Part shown: positions 10,089 through 21,100 of the stretch, piece after piece
Layout of the letters: every line of letters starts with the position of its first letter
How positions within the stretch are numbered: position 1 is the first letter of the stretch
Assembly (NCBI GenBank): GCA_000002445.1
Contig: CM000207.1
Coordinates: 1,952,001 to 2,016,000, forward strand
DNA: 64,000 bases
Source of the DNA: Trypanosoma brucei
Lineage: Eukaryota
Direction of reading: 5' to 3'
Notes under the pieces: model-generated
The model's input: only the letters and a program-made list of their open reading frames with translations
The model's database searches: none
What the model was told of the DNA's origin: nothing
Position numbers and translations under genes: made by a program

Positions 10089-13000
10089 ATGTCCATTGCG
10101 GTAGAAGAGAGTTCGGTTAGCACCGATGCAGCCGTTCAGCGAACAAATGATGATAGTGTCGTAAGCAAGCGGTCGGCGGTTCATAAGGGGTACTTTGATG
10201 ACCCGTATTTGCGTTTCTTTGTGAAGAAACTCTCCCGTCGATCGCCACTAATCAACCGTGGGTACTATCTACGTATGCTGGTTATCACTGACGTGATTGA
10301 GCGATGTATTCACCATTTACGTTGTTTGAAAATACGCTGCACCGTGAATACCCCTCCGTTGCCCCCAACTGGTAATGCTGTTGCACTACCCGTACAAGTG
10401 ATATCTCTTGGTGCTGGTTATGATACACTTGCCATGCGTTTGAAGCAGCGACCGGATTACGGCAACGTACACTTCTACGAGGTTGACTTCCCCGCCGTTA
10501 TGCAATCCAAGTCAATGCTTGTAAAGATGGCACCATTTGGTTCATTTCCAGAGGATATTGTGGCAGATCCCGGTGGAGAGTTAGTTAAACTTTATGGTAA
10601 CAACTACTGGGCGGTTGGTACGGATCTACGTAGCACAAATCGGGATCTTGTAACGTGCTTGAGGGAGGTATCGCCACAATTTTCCACAGACAATCCAACT
10701 GTGCTGTACGCCGAATGTGTGATGCAGTATATGCCTCCAGTTGCTGCATCACACCTCATCAAGCAAATCGCAAGTGCTTTTCCCTGCGCAATTTTTGTTG
10801 CATATGATCAGCTGCATCCATCGGACAGCTTTGGCACGGTTATGCTGTCAGCGTTACGCACGAAGAACAGTCCGCTTTTAAGTATTGGGGAGTGTCCCAG
10901 CGGTGCTGCAATGGTAAGGAGGGCAATTCAGCAAGGAATGTGCAAAGCGCGATTTGCCAACTTTCATGATCTCTCAAAATTTTATATATCGGGAGATAAT
11001 CACGATCGTGTGGAGGCACTGGAGCCGTTTGACGAGTGGGAGGAGTGGTGTGAAATGTGCGAGCACTATGGCATTACAATGGCTACCACATTATCAGATG
11101 AGGAAATGCCGGACCACTCGTGCTTTAAAGAGATAATGGAGCAGAAAGAAGAGGAATTGTGCGCAGGGTTACCTTGTAAGTCGCAGGGAAATGAGCAGAA
11201 CGCACTTAGGTTGGAAAATTGGCCCACAGGTCGGTTCGGTTTCGAGGGTTGGGGAAATGGTGGTGCAGTTGCAGAAAGGTTGTTCAGCGGAGATGTGCTT
11301 ATCATATCGTTTGGTGGGTTTTCCGTCACACGAGGTCACCAGCGGACGAATACCCTCCATGTCCATAGCTTGCGCAGTGGGGATCGCAAGGTGCTTCAGT
11401 CTTCTTTAAGTGTCGAGCCGCCGTCACTTGTGTTCCATTCAATGAGTCGTGTCTCGAGGGGAAGTTATGTGGTGTTTGGTGGTCGTACGAATCCTCAAGA
11501 TGTGGCTTCGGATGCTTATTTACTTCGACTTGAACTACCTACTGATGGATATGGCGAGGAAGCAAACATTGTGGCGACATGGAGCAAACTACAGCAAACC
11601 GCGGATGACGGCAAGTTGCCGGTTGCGCGGTATCGGCATGCTGCCACCAGTGTGACTAATAGTGGTTGTGACGAAAACACTGATATGCGTAATATTTTTG
11701 TCTTCGGTGGCCGTTGCGCTACCGGTGAGTTCTTGAATGATGCATGGCTGGGGAGTGTTGGCGACGGAATTATTCACTGGAAACTGTTGCGACTCTCTGG
11801 GGACATACCACCGCCCTGCTGCTCCAGTGGAGTAGTTGACGCTACAATGGGAAGCATCGTACTGCTAAGCGGTGGTCTTCTCCGTGGTGGCGTCAGTGAC
11901 AGTTCCTTGTGGAGTATTGACTGGGTTACTGGTGTTTGCAACAAACGGGACGCAATCGTTGGCCCACGCTTCTCCCATACGATGTGTCGAGTAAGTGTGA
12001 ATGGTGTCACAGGAGTGCTTGTCGTGGGTGGTTCCTCGACTGAACCCAGTGCGTCCTTTCAAGCAACGCAGATTTTACTTCTGGACCCGGTCTCTGGTGA
12101 GATAACTGAAGCACTGAAACTCCCACCCATGTGCCCCACGTGGACCCGCCATTCTTGTGTTGCACTCGAGGATGGCGCTGTTGGCGTACTAGGGAGCGGG
12201 TTCACATGCTTTTCATTTGGAACTTTCGCCACAAAGCCGCTACTGCTACTTTTGGGTGGGAAACGCGGTGGTCGTAATGCTCACAGCTGGGACGTATCCA
12301 AATTGGAAAGCACATCCACATCAGCTGCTGCTAATGCCTTTTCCATCTGCTGCACAGTACAAAGGCGTCCCGTTGAAGAGCAATCCCTTAGTGTGGGAAG
12401 TTTCTCGGTGTTGGTGAATCATCCTTTCAAACCAGTGGTGTTCCGCGACGTTGACATGGGCTGTTGTGTCAAGGCATGGAGTGATCCAGCGTATCTAAAT
12501 CGCGTAGAGGGGAATACACGAGTTTCTGTCCATGTCGCGCGGAATACGGAACTGCTTGATTTTGTTACGAAAAACTTTTCTTTTCAGCATGTGTCATTCA
12601 ATGAGCTTCTCGATCATTGCCTAGCTAGCTCTGCAGCACTAGCAGAAAGCGGTAACTTACCAGGGAAACTGAATGAAGAAAGAGAAACTTGGTACCTCCG
12701 CGCCGTGGCATCCAATATGAAGAGCGAGCGGGCGAACATATGGCGTGATTTCCAAGGTCTAAAGGACGATTTTGTACTACCGTCAGCAACAGTCGATCAC
12801 ATTAAGCCGCGCATGCACCAAGCCTGCTTGCGGATAAGCGCTCCGCCTCTGCAGTTGTGGACGCACTACGACACGCTTGACAACGTACTCTGCCAAATAG
12901 TGGGTAGAAAGCGCGTAGTACTTTTCCCTCCCAGTGAATACAACAACCTTTATATTAGCGGTAGCTCCTCAGCCGTTACCAATATCGATAAACCGGATTA

Positions 13001-13388
13001 CATGCGATTTCCTCGATTTATCGATGCATCTCGCCACGCTTTAGAGGTAGAAATCGGCCCAGGAGACATGCTGTTCATACCAGCACTATGGTTCCACCAT
13101 ATCACCACTCTTGAAGGAAGCTATTCGATGAGTGTTAATGTCTTCTTTGAGCGTCTCCCGCATGCGGACTATGATAAGAAGGACCTGTACGGCAACAAAG
13201 ATATTCCAGCTGCATCGCGCCTTCGCGCGGGTATAGTGAAGAAAGTAAAGGAAATGATTTCTGAAACTGCTGTCGAACGAACAAGTGATGGAAAAGCGCT
13301 GACACCAGATTTGGTGGAGTTTGCGCTGCGGCAGGCACTACAAGACTTGATGGAGGTGGCGGATGATATGTGTACTGCCCTTCGATAG
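10089..13388 (+). CDS. TYW4: tRNA wybutosine-synthesizing protein 4-like: leucine carboxyl methyltransferase (LCM) domain + Kelch beta-propeller + C-terminal JmjC (TYW5-like) domain
   Basis: LCM/PPM motifs are present: DAAVQRTNDDSVVSKR..GYFDDPYLRFF, INRGYYLR, VISLGAGYDTLAMRL, YEVDFPAVM, LYAECVMQYM (nt ~10150-11000). Kelch-like GG blades (VVFGGRTNP, IFVFGGRCATGEF, VLVVGGSS) span nt ~11200-12300. The JmjC core has the HYD...LFPP and ALWFHHI Fe(II) ligand pattern (nt ~12860-13100). The longest ORF starts at ATG 9951, but a poly-Y tract plus AG (~9950-10016) lies inside that extension. ATG 10089 gives the canonical LCMT N-terminus, so it is the preferred start. Confidence 0.65.
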   Translation: MSIAVEESSVSTDAAVQRTNDDSVVSKRSAVHKGYFDDPYLRFFVKKLSRRSPLINRGYYLRMLVITDVIERCIHHLRCLKIRCTVNTPPLPPTGNAVALPVQVISLGAGYDTLAMRLKQRPDYGNVHFYEVDFPAVMQSKSMLVKMAPFGSFPEDIVADPGGELVKLYGNNYWAVGTDLRSTNRDLVTCLREVSPQFSTDNPTVLYAECVMQYMPPVAASHLIKQIASAFPCAIFVAYDQLHPSDSFGTVMLSALRTKNSPLLSIGECPSGAAMVRRAIQQGMCKARFANFHDLSKFYISGDNHDRVEALEPFDEWEEWCEMCEHYGITMATTLSDEEMPDHSCFKEIMEQKEEELCAGLPCKSQGNEQNALRLENWPTGRFGFEGWGNGGAVAERLFSGDVLIISFGGFSVTRGHQRTNTLHVHSLRSGDRKVLQSSLSVEPPSLVFHSMSRVSRGSYVVFGGRTNPQDVASDAYLLRLELPTDGYGEEANIVATWSKLQQTADDGKLPVARYRHAATSVTNSGCDENTDMRNIFVFGGRCATGEFLNDAWLGSVGDGIIHWKLLRLSGDIPPPCCSSGVVDATMGSIVLLSGGLLRGGVSDSSLWSIDWVTGVCNKRDAIVGPRFSHTMCRVSVNGVTGVLVVGGSSTEPSASFQATQILLLDPVSGEITEALKLPPMCPTWTRHSCVALEDGAVGVLGSGFTCFSFGTFATKPLLLLLGGKRGGRNAHSWDVSKLESTSTSAAANAFSICCTVQRRPVEEQSLSVGSFSVLVNHPFKPVVFRDVDMGCCVKAWSDPAYLNRVEGNTRVSVHVARNTELLDFVTKNFSFQHVSFNELLDHCLASSAALAESGNLPGKLNEERETWYLRAVASNMKSERANIWRDFQGLKDDFVLPSATVDHIKPRMHQACLRISAPPLQLWTHYDTLDNVLCQIVGRKRVVLFPPSEYNNLYISGSSSAVTNIDKPDYMRFPRFIDASRHALEVEIGPGDMLFIPALWFHHITTLEGSYSMSVNVFFERLPHADYDKKDLYGNKDIPAASRLRAGIVKKVKEMISETAVERTSDGKALTPDLVEFALRQALQDLMEVADDMCTALR

Positions 13389-14439
13389 TGTCATACGCTC
13401 CGGATGGGCGATTTGACTACTTTCTCCTTCAAGCCGGCACCAGTGTCGTAGCGGCGGCACAATTTGTCGCAAAAGGCGCTCACAACGTTTATCGTACCTG
13501 TAACTATGCACTGAATTATTAATTAAAAAAAAACTCCATCTGTAACTGTCTGGTATGTTCTTTGTTTTGTGATACTGACTATACACCTACAATGGGTACT
13601 CGACCTCTTGCCAATATACTATATATATATACATATATATTCTCAACCTATCTTTTTTCCTTTCTTTTTGTTTATTCTGAACTCCCTTTCTTGTTGCTAT
13701 TCCGACGCAAACACATTTTGTCCAGTTATTCCCACAACCAAAAGCCGGGGTCTCCTCCACCGTTTTGTGGGGTGTCTTGTACAGTCCACTGGGGGCACTG
13801 AGCCTAAACTGTGCGCAACCCAGGAGAGGGCAAAAAGTGCGACAGCAGCAACAGAAAGAGCAAAAACAAGAGGGAGGGGAAAGGGAGTTTTTTTTTATTA
13901 TTTTGAGCGCCACCTAGCCGGACGGCTTTACTGATTTGTTAATACCATTTTTTTTTTAAGGAAGGAGAGGGGTGAGCCAGCAATATTAAATTATTTTAGT
14001 TGAGGAGCGACGATAACATTTTCAACAAGAAGGAGAAAGGGAAGCACAAATCTAGAAGCATTTTTCATCAGCAAAGTGCCGCAGGTGTAAAGTAAGAGGT
14101 GTAACATATCAAGGACACACAAAACTACACATTTATACAAATACATTAATACATCCTCTCCTCGATCTGCAGAGGCGTGAGGGCGAAAGAAGGGGGAGAT
14201 TTTTTTTCGTCGTTTTTCCTTCGCTCAGCTTCGCTACGTCTCAACCTCAATAGTAAGGAGACAACGGTGAGCAGTCAACCAATTGGGACGTTGAGGTGCT
14301 TAGAGCGCAGAGTGAAACAAGAAAGGGTAGAAGCGTAAAGTCGGAACAAGTGTGTTAGGTGCACACAGAAAGGAGGTGGGAAAGGGGACAATAAAATAAA
14401 AGGAGGGGGGCGGAAAACATACAATTGAGTTTCCTCTTC

Positions 14440-14510
14440 CCTCTATTACACGCGCGCCCTTTCCTACGTGCGTAATTGATTTAGTCTTAGCTCCGCTTAC
14501 AATCTTTTAG
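14440..14510 (+). promoter_or_regulatory. polypyrimidine tract + AG 5 nt upstream of ATG 14513
   Basis: tttcctcttccctctattacacgcgcgccctttcctacgtgcgtaattgatttagtcttagctccgcttacaatcttttag. Confidence 0.4.
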
Positions 14511-14512
14511 AA

Positions 14513-16186
14513 ATGATGATATATCCTCGCATGAGAGTGGAGGTTTCCTACTCTGCCACTCTCATGGTGTTGTGGGCGCTTCTACTAACTTTCATGTCGT
14601 GGAGAGTTAACCAATCGTCGGAGGGTATGGCTGTGCTTTTGTTGACTATCATGTCCGTTGCCACGCCGGATGGTGAAAGCCATCTTTTTCTCCCGTTATT
14701 GTTTCTGGCAGAGCGGTTACTGGGGGAAGTAATGTCGTGCAGAATGCTGCCTCACGAGTTTCATGCGTCAACGATTCTGTCGTTCATGACAACTTCCTAC
14801 TCTCATACCTTGTGGAAAAGGGACTCTCGTCCCAGAATTTTTATGTGTGGTATTCGTGATGTCATAGTGTGGCTGCTCTTAATCTTCATTGCATTTAAGG
14901 ACTGCGGCGTCACCGTTGGTGGTGGAGTTTTTGTTGTGTTTGGTTTTGTTTTCTACGTAACACTGAAGCGAATTCTTGGTGAAAGTGAGGCAATTTTGGT
15001 TGGTGGGTTGGTTGGCTTCTACGCGTTCGACGCCGTTAGTGGCTGGGGATTTAGTAGTGTCGGTGCATTCAATGCGGACGCACCTAATAAAGAGGGTTTA
15101 CATACGGTCAGTGTTATGACCAAAGCACACATTGTCAGTCGTACGGCAATAATGTGCGCTGTAGTGATGGCATCGGTGCTGTATTTTGCCTCGCGCTTCT
15201 GTCTAGTGGCCAAGTTTGATAACTCAAAATCATCTGAGCAGGTTATGAACGTGCCACGGATCACGTTTGCCTTCTGGATGTCTCTAACGATCATTGTAGC
15301 GTCGGCGTACGCGGTGGGAAGCATGGAAATAGGAGAGGATATAGCGTTGTGGCTGGTGCGATACATAACAGCCAGCAGATTTCGTATCTTAACAATTGTG
15401 TATTGGAGTATTGCCGTACCTTCGATGGTTGTAGTAGTGGATGTTTTCACCAAAGACTTGAGTAAGGTTGTAAGACGGAAGTTGTTTCACTTTCTGGCCG
15501 TTGCAGCCTTCACCCCTGCCGCTATTGCTGATCCCCAGTTCCTTTCGTTATCGTTGTCTGTTGCCACAAGCCTCTCCATATTATTGGAGTTGGGGCGCTA
15601 CTACGGAGTGAGTGGCGCTTCCTATGTAAATGCTTTTGTGGTCCATCACATCGACAGCCGTGATTCCATCAAAGGTGTCGTCCGCACGCATATTTATCTC
15701 ATTTATGGATTGGGACTTTCCATGATGCTTTACTACCGTCGTGAACGCAACGGAAAAACAGAGCATCATAATAGTTTGTTGGAGCTCTCTATCAGTGTCA
15801 TTCCCGGCCTTGTGTCGCTCGGCGTTGTTGATGCATGTGCAGGTATTGTTGGAAGCTCATTTCTTCTTTCCTACAGACGGGCACTGGGTCGATATCTTAG
15901 CAATAATGTCTACACTGAAAGAGCTAATGCAACCATTACACACAAGACAACCACGGGAACATTAGGTGGGTTTGTGTGCGGGGTTGTGTTTTGGGTTTTC
16001 GTGTTGTTTGTGTCTAACGTGGAACAGCACGGCCAAGCGGCCATGTCTCTTGTTCTCGTTGTTGTGTGTAGCGTTGCGGAGTGCTTTACAGATGGTATTG
16101 ACAACTTGCAGCTTCCTTTAGCATTGTATGGGGCTGTGACGACATTATTCGCGTTTTCAGGGTGGGGTGAAGATAGTTGTGCTTAG
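14513..16186 (+). CDS. polytopic membrane protein, dolichol kinase-like (CTP-dependent polyprenol kinase / CDS family)
   Basis: 557 aa with more than 10 predicted TM helices. The C-terminal motifs KTTTGTLGGFVCG (nt ~15940-15980) and ECFTDGIDNLQLPLAL resemble the K(T/W)xEGTxGG and DNLxxP motifs of dolichol kinase / phosphatidate cytidylyltransferase-family enzymes. Confidence 0.45.
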   Translation: MMIYPRMRVEVSYSATLMVLWALLLTFMSWRVNQSSEGMAVLLLTIMSVATPDGESHLFLPLLFLAERLLGEVMSCRMLPHEFHASTILSFMTTSYSHTLWKRDSRPRIFMCGIRDVIVWLLLIFIAFKDCGVTVGGGVFVVFGFVFYVTLKRILGESEAILVGGLVGFYAFDAVSGWGFSSVGAFNADAPNKEGLHTVSVMTKAHIVSRTAIMCAVVMASVLYFASRFCLVAKFDNSKSSEQVMNVPRITFAFWMSLTIIVASAYAVGSMEIGEDIALWLVRYITASRFRILTIVYWSIAVPSMVVVVDVFTKDLSKVVRRKLFHFLAVAAFTPAAIADPQFLSLSLSVATSLSILLELGRYYGVSGASYVNAFVVHHIDSRDSIKGVVRTHIYLIYGLGLSMMLYYRRERNGKTEHHNSLLELSISVIPGLVSLGVVDACAGIVGSSFLLSYRRALGRYLSNNVYTERANATITHKTTTGTLGGFVCGVVFWVFVLFVSNVEQHGQAAMSLVLVVVCSVAECFTDGIDNLQLPLALYGAVTTLFAFSGWGEDSCA

Positions 16187-16290
16187 TTGGTTCATCAGTT
16201 CGTAGGGAATTAAGAAACGTGAATTGACACAGTATAGGGAAACGGGCTAATCGAAAGAAGGTAGATAAAAGAAAAACAAAAGAAACCAAG

Positions 16291-16312
16291 CACACACACA
16301 CACACACACACA
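16291..16312. repeat. (CA)11 dinucleotide microsatellite in intergenic/UTR region
   Basis: Direct reading: cacacacacacacacacacaca. Confidence 0.9.
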
Positions 16313-16439
16313 TACACTCATGCACTCATACGTACATAAAAAGAGTATGGAAAAGGGAAGAGGGAGCTGAAAGCGCAAATGATGATACACCTGGAGAGAT
16401 ACGGAATAAGATGATGTGGGAGATCGTGAACATTTTTGT

Positions 16440-16560
16440 GACATACCGAATGTGCGGGGTTGAGGAGCGAAGCAAAAGGAAAAGCCGGAGGGTGGAGAAA
16501 AGGAGGAAGAAAGGGAGCAAAGGAGGAATTAAGGAACGCGGAAAAGAGGAGATGAATTTA
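16440..16560. repeat. purine-rich (GA/GGA) low-complexity tract
   Basis: ggagcgaagcaaaaggaaaagccggagggtggagaaaaggaggaagaaagggagcaaaggaggaattaaggaacgcggaaaagaggag. Confidence 0.7.
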
Positions 16561-16753
16561 GATATGCATAATCCGTGGCTGTAAGGTAAGCTGTCTGTAG
16601 ATTTCATGGGACTCCCAACCCCAATTACCTTGCCCCCTTCATCACGAATCTGCTTTTTACATATGTTTTTGGTTGCACGCCTTTTATAGTTGCTGATGTT
16701 AGTGGTGATGGGGAGTCATGTGGTTTATGACCTCTTGCACTCTTTGTTGTTGT

Positions 16754-16772
16754 TATATATATATATATATAT
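16754..16772. repeat. (TA)9 microsatellite
   Basis: Direct reading: tatatatatatatatatat. Confidence 0.85.
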
Positions 16773-17022
16773 CGTTGCTTTTTGTCACGACGAAAGTGTG
16801 ACTTTTTTTTTTTTGGTGCGTGTCGTCGGTGTGTGTGTGTATTGGCGCATTGCGTCGACAGACTGTGCGCATTGGTATAAGAGGGCAACTTTAATGATTA
16901 TTATATCTATCTGCCATACAACATTTTTTTTGTTAAAGGATACTTTTTTTAAAAAAAAGAAGAGTGTGCAATTAACTAAAGAGTGATGGTGGTCAAAAAG
17001 ATGTTGCGGATACTGGGTGTGA

Positions 17023-17033
17023 GGGGGGGGGGG
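17023..17033. repeat. G11 homopolymer
   Basis: Direct reading in the long 16187-18152 intergenic region. Confidence 0.85.
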
Positions 17034-18152
17034 AATATAAAGGAAAAAACACGTACGGGCGATATAATAATAAAATTTATATTAATGGTTTAATAAATTA
17101 TAAATATGTTTAAATTTACTTGTATGCGTTTATATTTGAATGTGCATCTGCAATGCATCCATCCCCATAAGGGGGGGAAAGGAGGGAAACTGTGTTGAAG
17201 GAAAGAAAAGACGTGAGGGGAAACGAAACGAAAAAAAAAGAGGGTTAAGAGCATGGAGAGAAATGTCCGCTTCTTCGTAAAAATTTGAAGACACAAAAGC
17301 AAAGATAAAAAAGAAAAAGAAGAGAAGAAGGACGGAAGCTGGTACTAGAGGATTATATATTCCCCCACTAGTCAAGTGAGTCACTTTCATAGTGCATTCC
17401 CCTTTCATTCGGTCTTTCGCTTGTGTTTTTTTGTATTTCCTCCTCGGTATTTAACAAAAAAAAACTTTCCCTCATTTCGTTCTTTGTTTCCTTTAAAGTT
17501 TCAAGGCACTTCTTCTTGGGTCGCATACTTGAGTTGGCACTTTCCGTGATTTTTTTCTTATTTGCCCCTCCACCGCCACAGCATCCTAACACCTTGTATT
17601 TATTATGAAATATACGAACGTATTCGTTTATTTAACTTGTTGAGAGTCGTTTTTCACCCCCTGTTCTGCTATGTTTTCCCCCTTTTGTCCCCATACCTAC
17701 TCGATTTTTCCCTCGGAGGCACGCGCTATACCCTTCGTGCAAGAGAGCGCTGTATTTTAACATGATGAGTATACCCTCTATTTATAAACACGTGTCACAT
17801 TTGTGTTGTTGTTTTCTTACTCAATATAAACTACTTATGTATATGTAATTGCTCCATCTTTTTTCCACTTCTTTTCTTGTTTTTCTTTTGCATTATCAAC
17901 AATACGTCCCGTTTCCTTTATTACACCACAAAATCATTTCGCCAGACACACTGTTAATAATAGTATCAATAACTTTAATTAGAAGTGGTAAGGGTACTTG
18001 TATATTGCTCTGTTCCTGTTTGTTATTGACCTTTCATTTTCCCTCCTTTTCCGCGGGTAGAGAAGGAACTCACATCTTGACAAACACCAGTGCGCCGCTA
18101 CGCGAATATTGACAGTGCGAACATAGGGGGGGGGAAGAAATATCGAAGAGAA

Positions 18153-21100
18153 ATGGACGGCTGCGTCAACTACAGTGCAGCGGGCGGTAGTAATGAGGCG
18201 GGGAGGGTGCATTCGTCCCGGTTTCAAAATGTAAGAAGAGTGGTGAGTAGCGATGTGAATGTGACAAGCATCGGAGGTCTCCCCGCCATTCAAAATGCAT
18301 CCGGGCAGAGGGAAACCCCCTCACAAAACCCATTGTCGCTGAACGCATCGGAGAGTAAAGCAAGGGCAAACCGAATTATGATACAAGAACGCTGGCGAAG
18401 TGTCCTCCTAGAGTACGAAGTAGGTCTAAAGGAGCTGGTAACGAACAGCATGGAGGAACCACCGAGCGCCATACGCACCATGAAAACGTTTCAGCTGTAC
18501 GACTCCGTCACCCGCGCGGTTGCGCAGCAATCGCCTGAGTTCGGTAACATGCTGAGAATGTTTCGCATGGAATTTTGTCGGGCGATATTTACTCAACCCA
18601 CCCTCACTGCCAGTTATCTTCATCCGGAGGACGAAGGTTCCGGGCAGAGTGAGGAGCTGGGTGCGACATATTTTGATCAAACGGAGATGCTGCTACGCGA
18701 GAATGCCGCATTGCGTCTCGAAGTAAACCTTGGAAACACACGAGACAATCTGGCAAGACTAAGACAGGAACTTGAAAATTTTAGAGAAGCAGTAACGTAC
18801 TATGAAAATGAAGTAAGTCGCCTTGAGAGGGAGAATGAGCGATATGCAGCAAGCTATGTGACCGCGAGGGATGAGTTGACGAGCGAGCGGGAGAAGAATA
18901 GGAAAATCAAGAACGAATTCGATGACGTGCGGCTGCGGCTGTTGCAAGAAAATAAGGACCTCCACTTGCGTATTTGCAGGCTGCGGAAGTGTCTCAGTGA
19001 TAACGAATCTGTATTCGTGAAGGATGCGTACAAGGTAATAAAAGATAAGCGAATGACCCTGCTCCAAGGATTATTTGAACAGGGCGATGAGCGAGTTGTG
19101 CTTTTGGTGATGCTTAGCCAGTTGGAGAGTCGTATGAACGAACTGCTTGACCAATACGATAGGGACGTCTTGTTTGGCGATTATGCCGGAGAGTACGAAC
19201 AGTGTAGGCGAACACTTGGTGTCGTTGCTCTGTTAATAGAGGAGATGCACTTGTGTGAGCAACGGTATATGCAATTACTCCCACGTGATGGGAAATTAAT
19301 AAATGACGAACAGGATGAGACGGATGTATTCGCCTCCCTCCTGAGCGACCCTCGCATGTACGAGGCACTGGTGGCCAGGTTGTGTATTCGGCAGGGTGGA
19401 AGCTCTAAGACTACACCGCAACTTTTGAAATTGGTAGACGATGCTCTTCCTGACGGTCCAGAGGTTAGGATGTCCCTTGCTGTGTATAAAGGGGCGCAAA
19501 CAACAAGTCCAGCAGAATCCAACACGCAAAATAGTGTTTCGGCAGTGAGGGAGATGGATGACACTGTAGCGCAGGTACCCGCCCCAAGCAGGAAGGTATC
19601 AATTCTTTATAGCCACGATGGTAATCCCGACACTTCCTCAAATACAATTCCTAATGATTCGTTTTGTCATCTGCGCACAGCATCGTCACCAGATGACTCG
19701 GAAGAGGCGGCGAAGAGAAAATCTGAAGGAGAGGCTGGGGAACCGCAAAAACCACCGATTATCCAAAAGTTGGGGGGGAAGAAATTTCCTTTGGAGATGC
19801 CCCAATCATTCGTGGATCTTCCTGAAGAAATGTTCGAAGAGGCCAAGCGAAAGCAAGAAGAGTGGGTGGCGAATATCCTTCTGACGAGTGACGAAGGCGA
19901 TCAACTGCTCCAGCGCGTGAAGGCTGGCGGCGCCTCTAGCAGCCACTTGACGAAAGGAGAGCAGCTCATGCGGCACTTTCTTATGAAACCGATGTTGGAT
20001 GTGAGCGCCAATAAGTTTCACTGTGGAATCGACGTCTTTACCGGTCCTGCACAGCATACACAAGCTCTTCTGTGTTCTGTCAATCATGTGGACCCTGTTG
20101 AACCATTTGCTGTACCTCAGGGGACGCGCTTCATGCATATAAAGTATCGCAATGTACTGCGAGAAGAGGCAGTTGTTAAAGGAGATGATTCCTCAAACAA
20201 TCTATCCGTGTCGGAGGCTCTTGAGGAATGGGGTGGTAAGACGATATTTACACGTGTCGATTGCGCCCACGAGCAAAATAAGAATGAAGTGGCCGAAATG
20301 TTGAGTAAGTCACATTTGTTTGGTGAACTCAAGCCATCCAACTACTCAAAAAGCCTCCTGAAAGGTGTTATGGCATCTTCTTCAACATCACCCGCAACTG
20401 CAGTGTTTTTACGCCTTAACCCTCTTTCACCTAACCGGTCGCCAGAGTGGTTGCTTTACCAGAATATGTTTGGCGGCTATAGGCCGATTACTCCGAGACT
20501 CATTGATGTGTCTACTATCGGGCACATTTTACTAAACTCGTGCGAACGCCACTTTCAACGGGCGGAAGAGCGGTACCTCCGGTGCCTAGAGCAAACTAAA
20601 ACTCGAGCAACTAATAGTGAAATGGTACGTATGCTGGTTGAGTCAGTCTTCAGGGAGTCGTATGTTTTGACGGAATTCCAAGAGTCATTTGTAAAGGAAC
20701 TAGAGTCTCGTTATTGCTACCCAGAACTCGTGGCGAAGACCATGTACGAAATTTTGTGTTACTTTGATGCAACGATGGCGGCACAGCCACTGGTGGATCT
20801 CTACCTTAGCTGCATTCGGGGTTTCGAGTCCCCTACACGTATTCATTACATCACGTACGTAATGCACCAGATATCGGCCAACTGGCCTTCCTCCAACCCA
20901 GAGGAAGCAATAGAAAAGGAGGACGTACTCACATTACTTGAACATGTATATAAGAGAGCTTCCGGTGTGATAAGTATGGGCCCCAGTGAAATCATCTCTG
21001 AGTACCAACTAGCCACACACTCTGCTCCAATTACACTCAACGCACTCCGTGGTTACCTGGTGACTATCATGCTTCATTATGAAGATCCATTGTCACTTTA

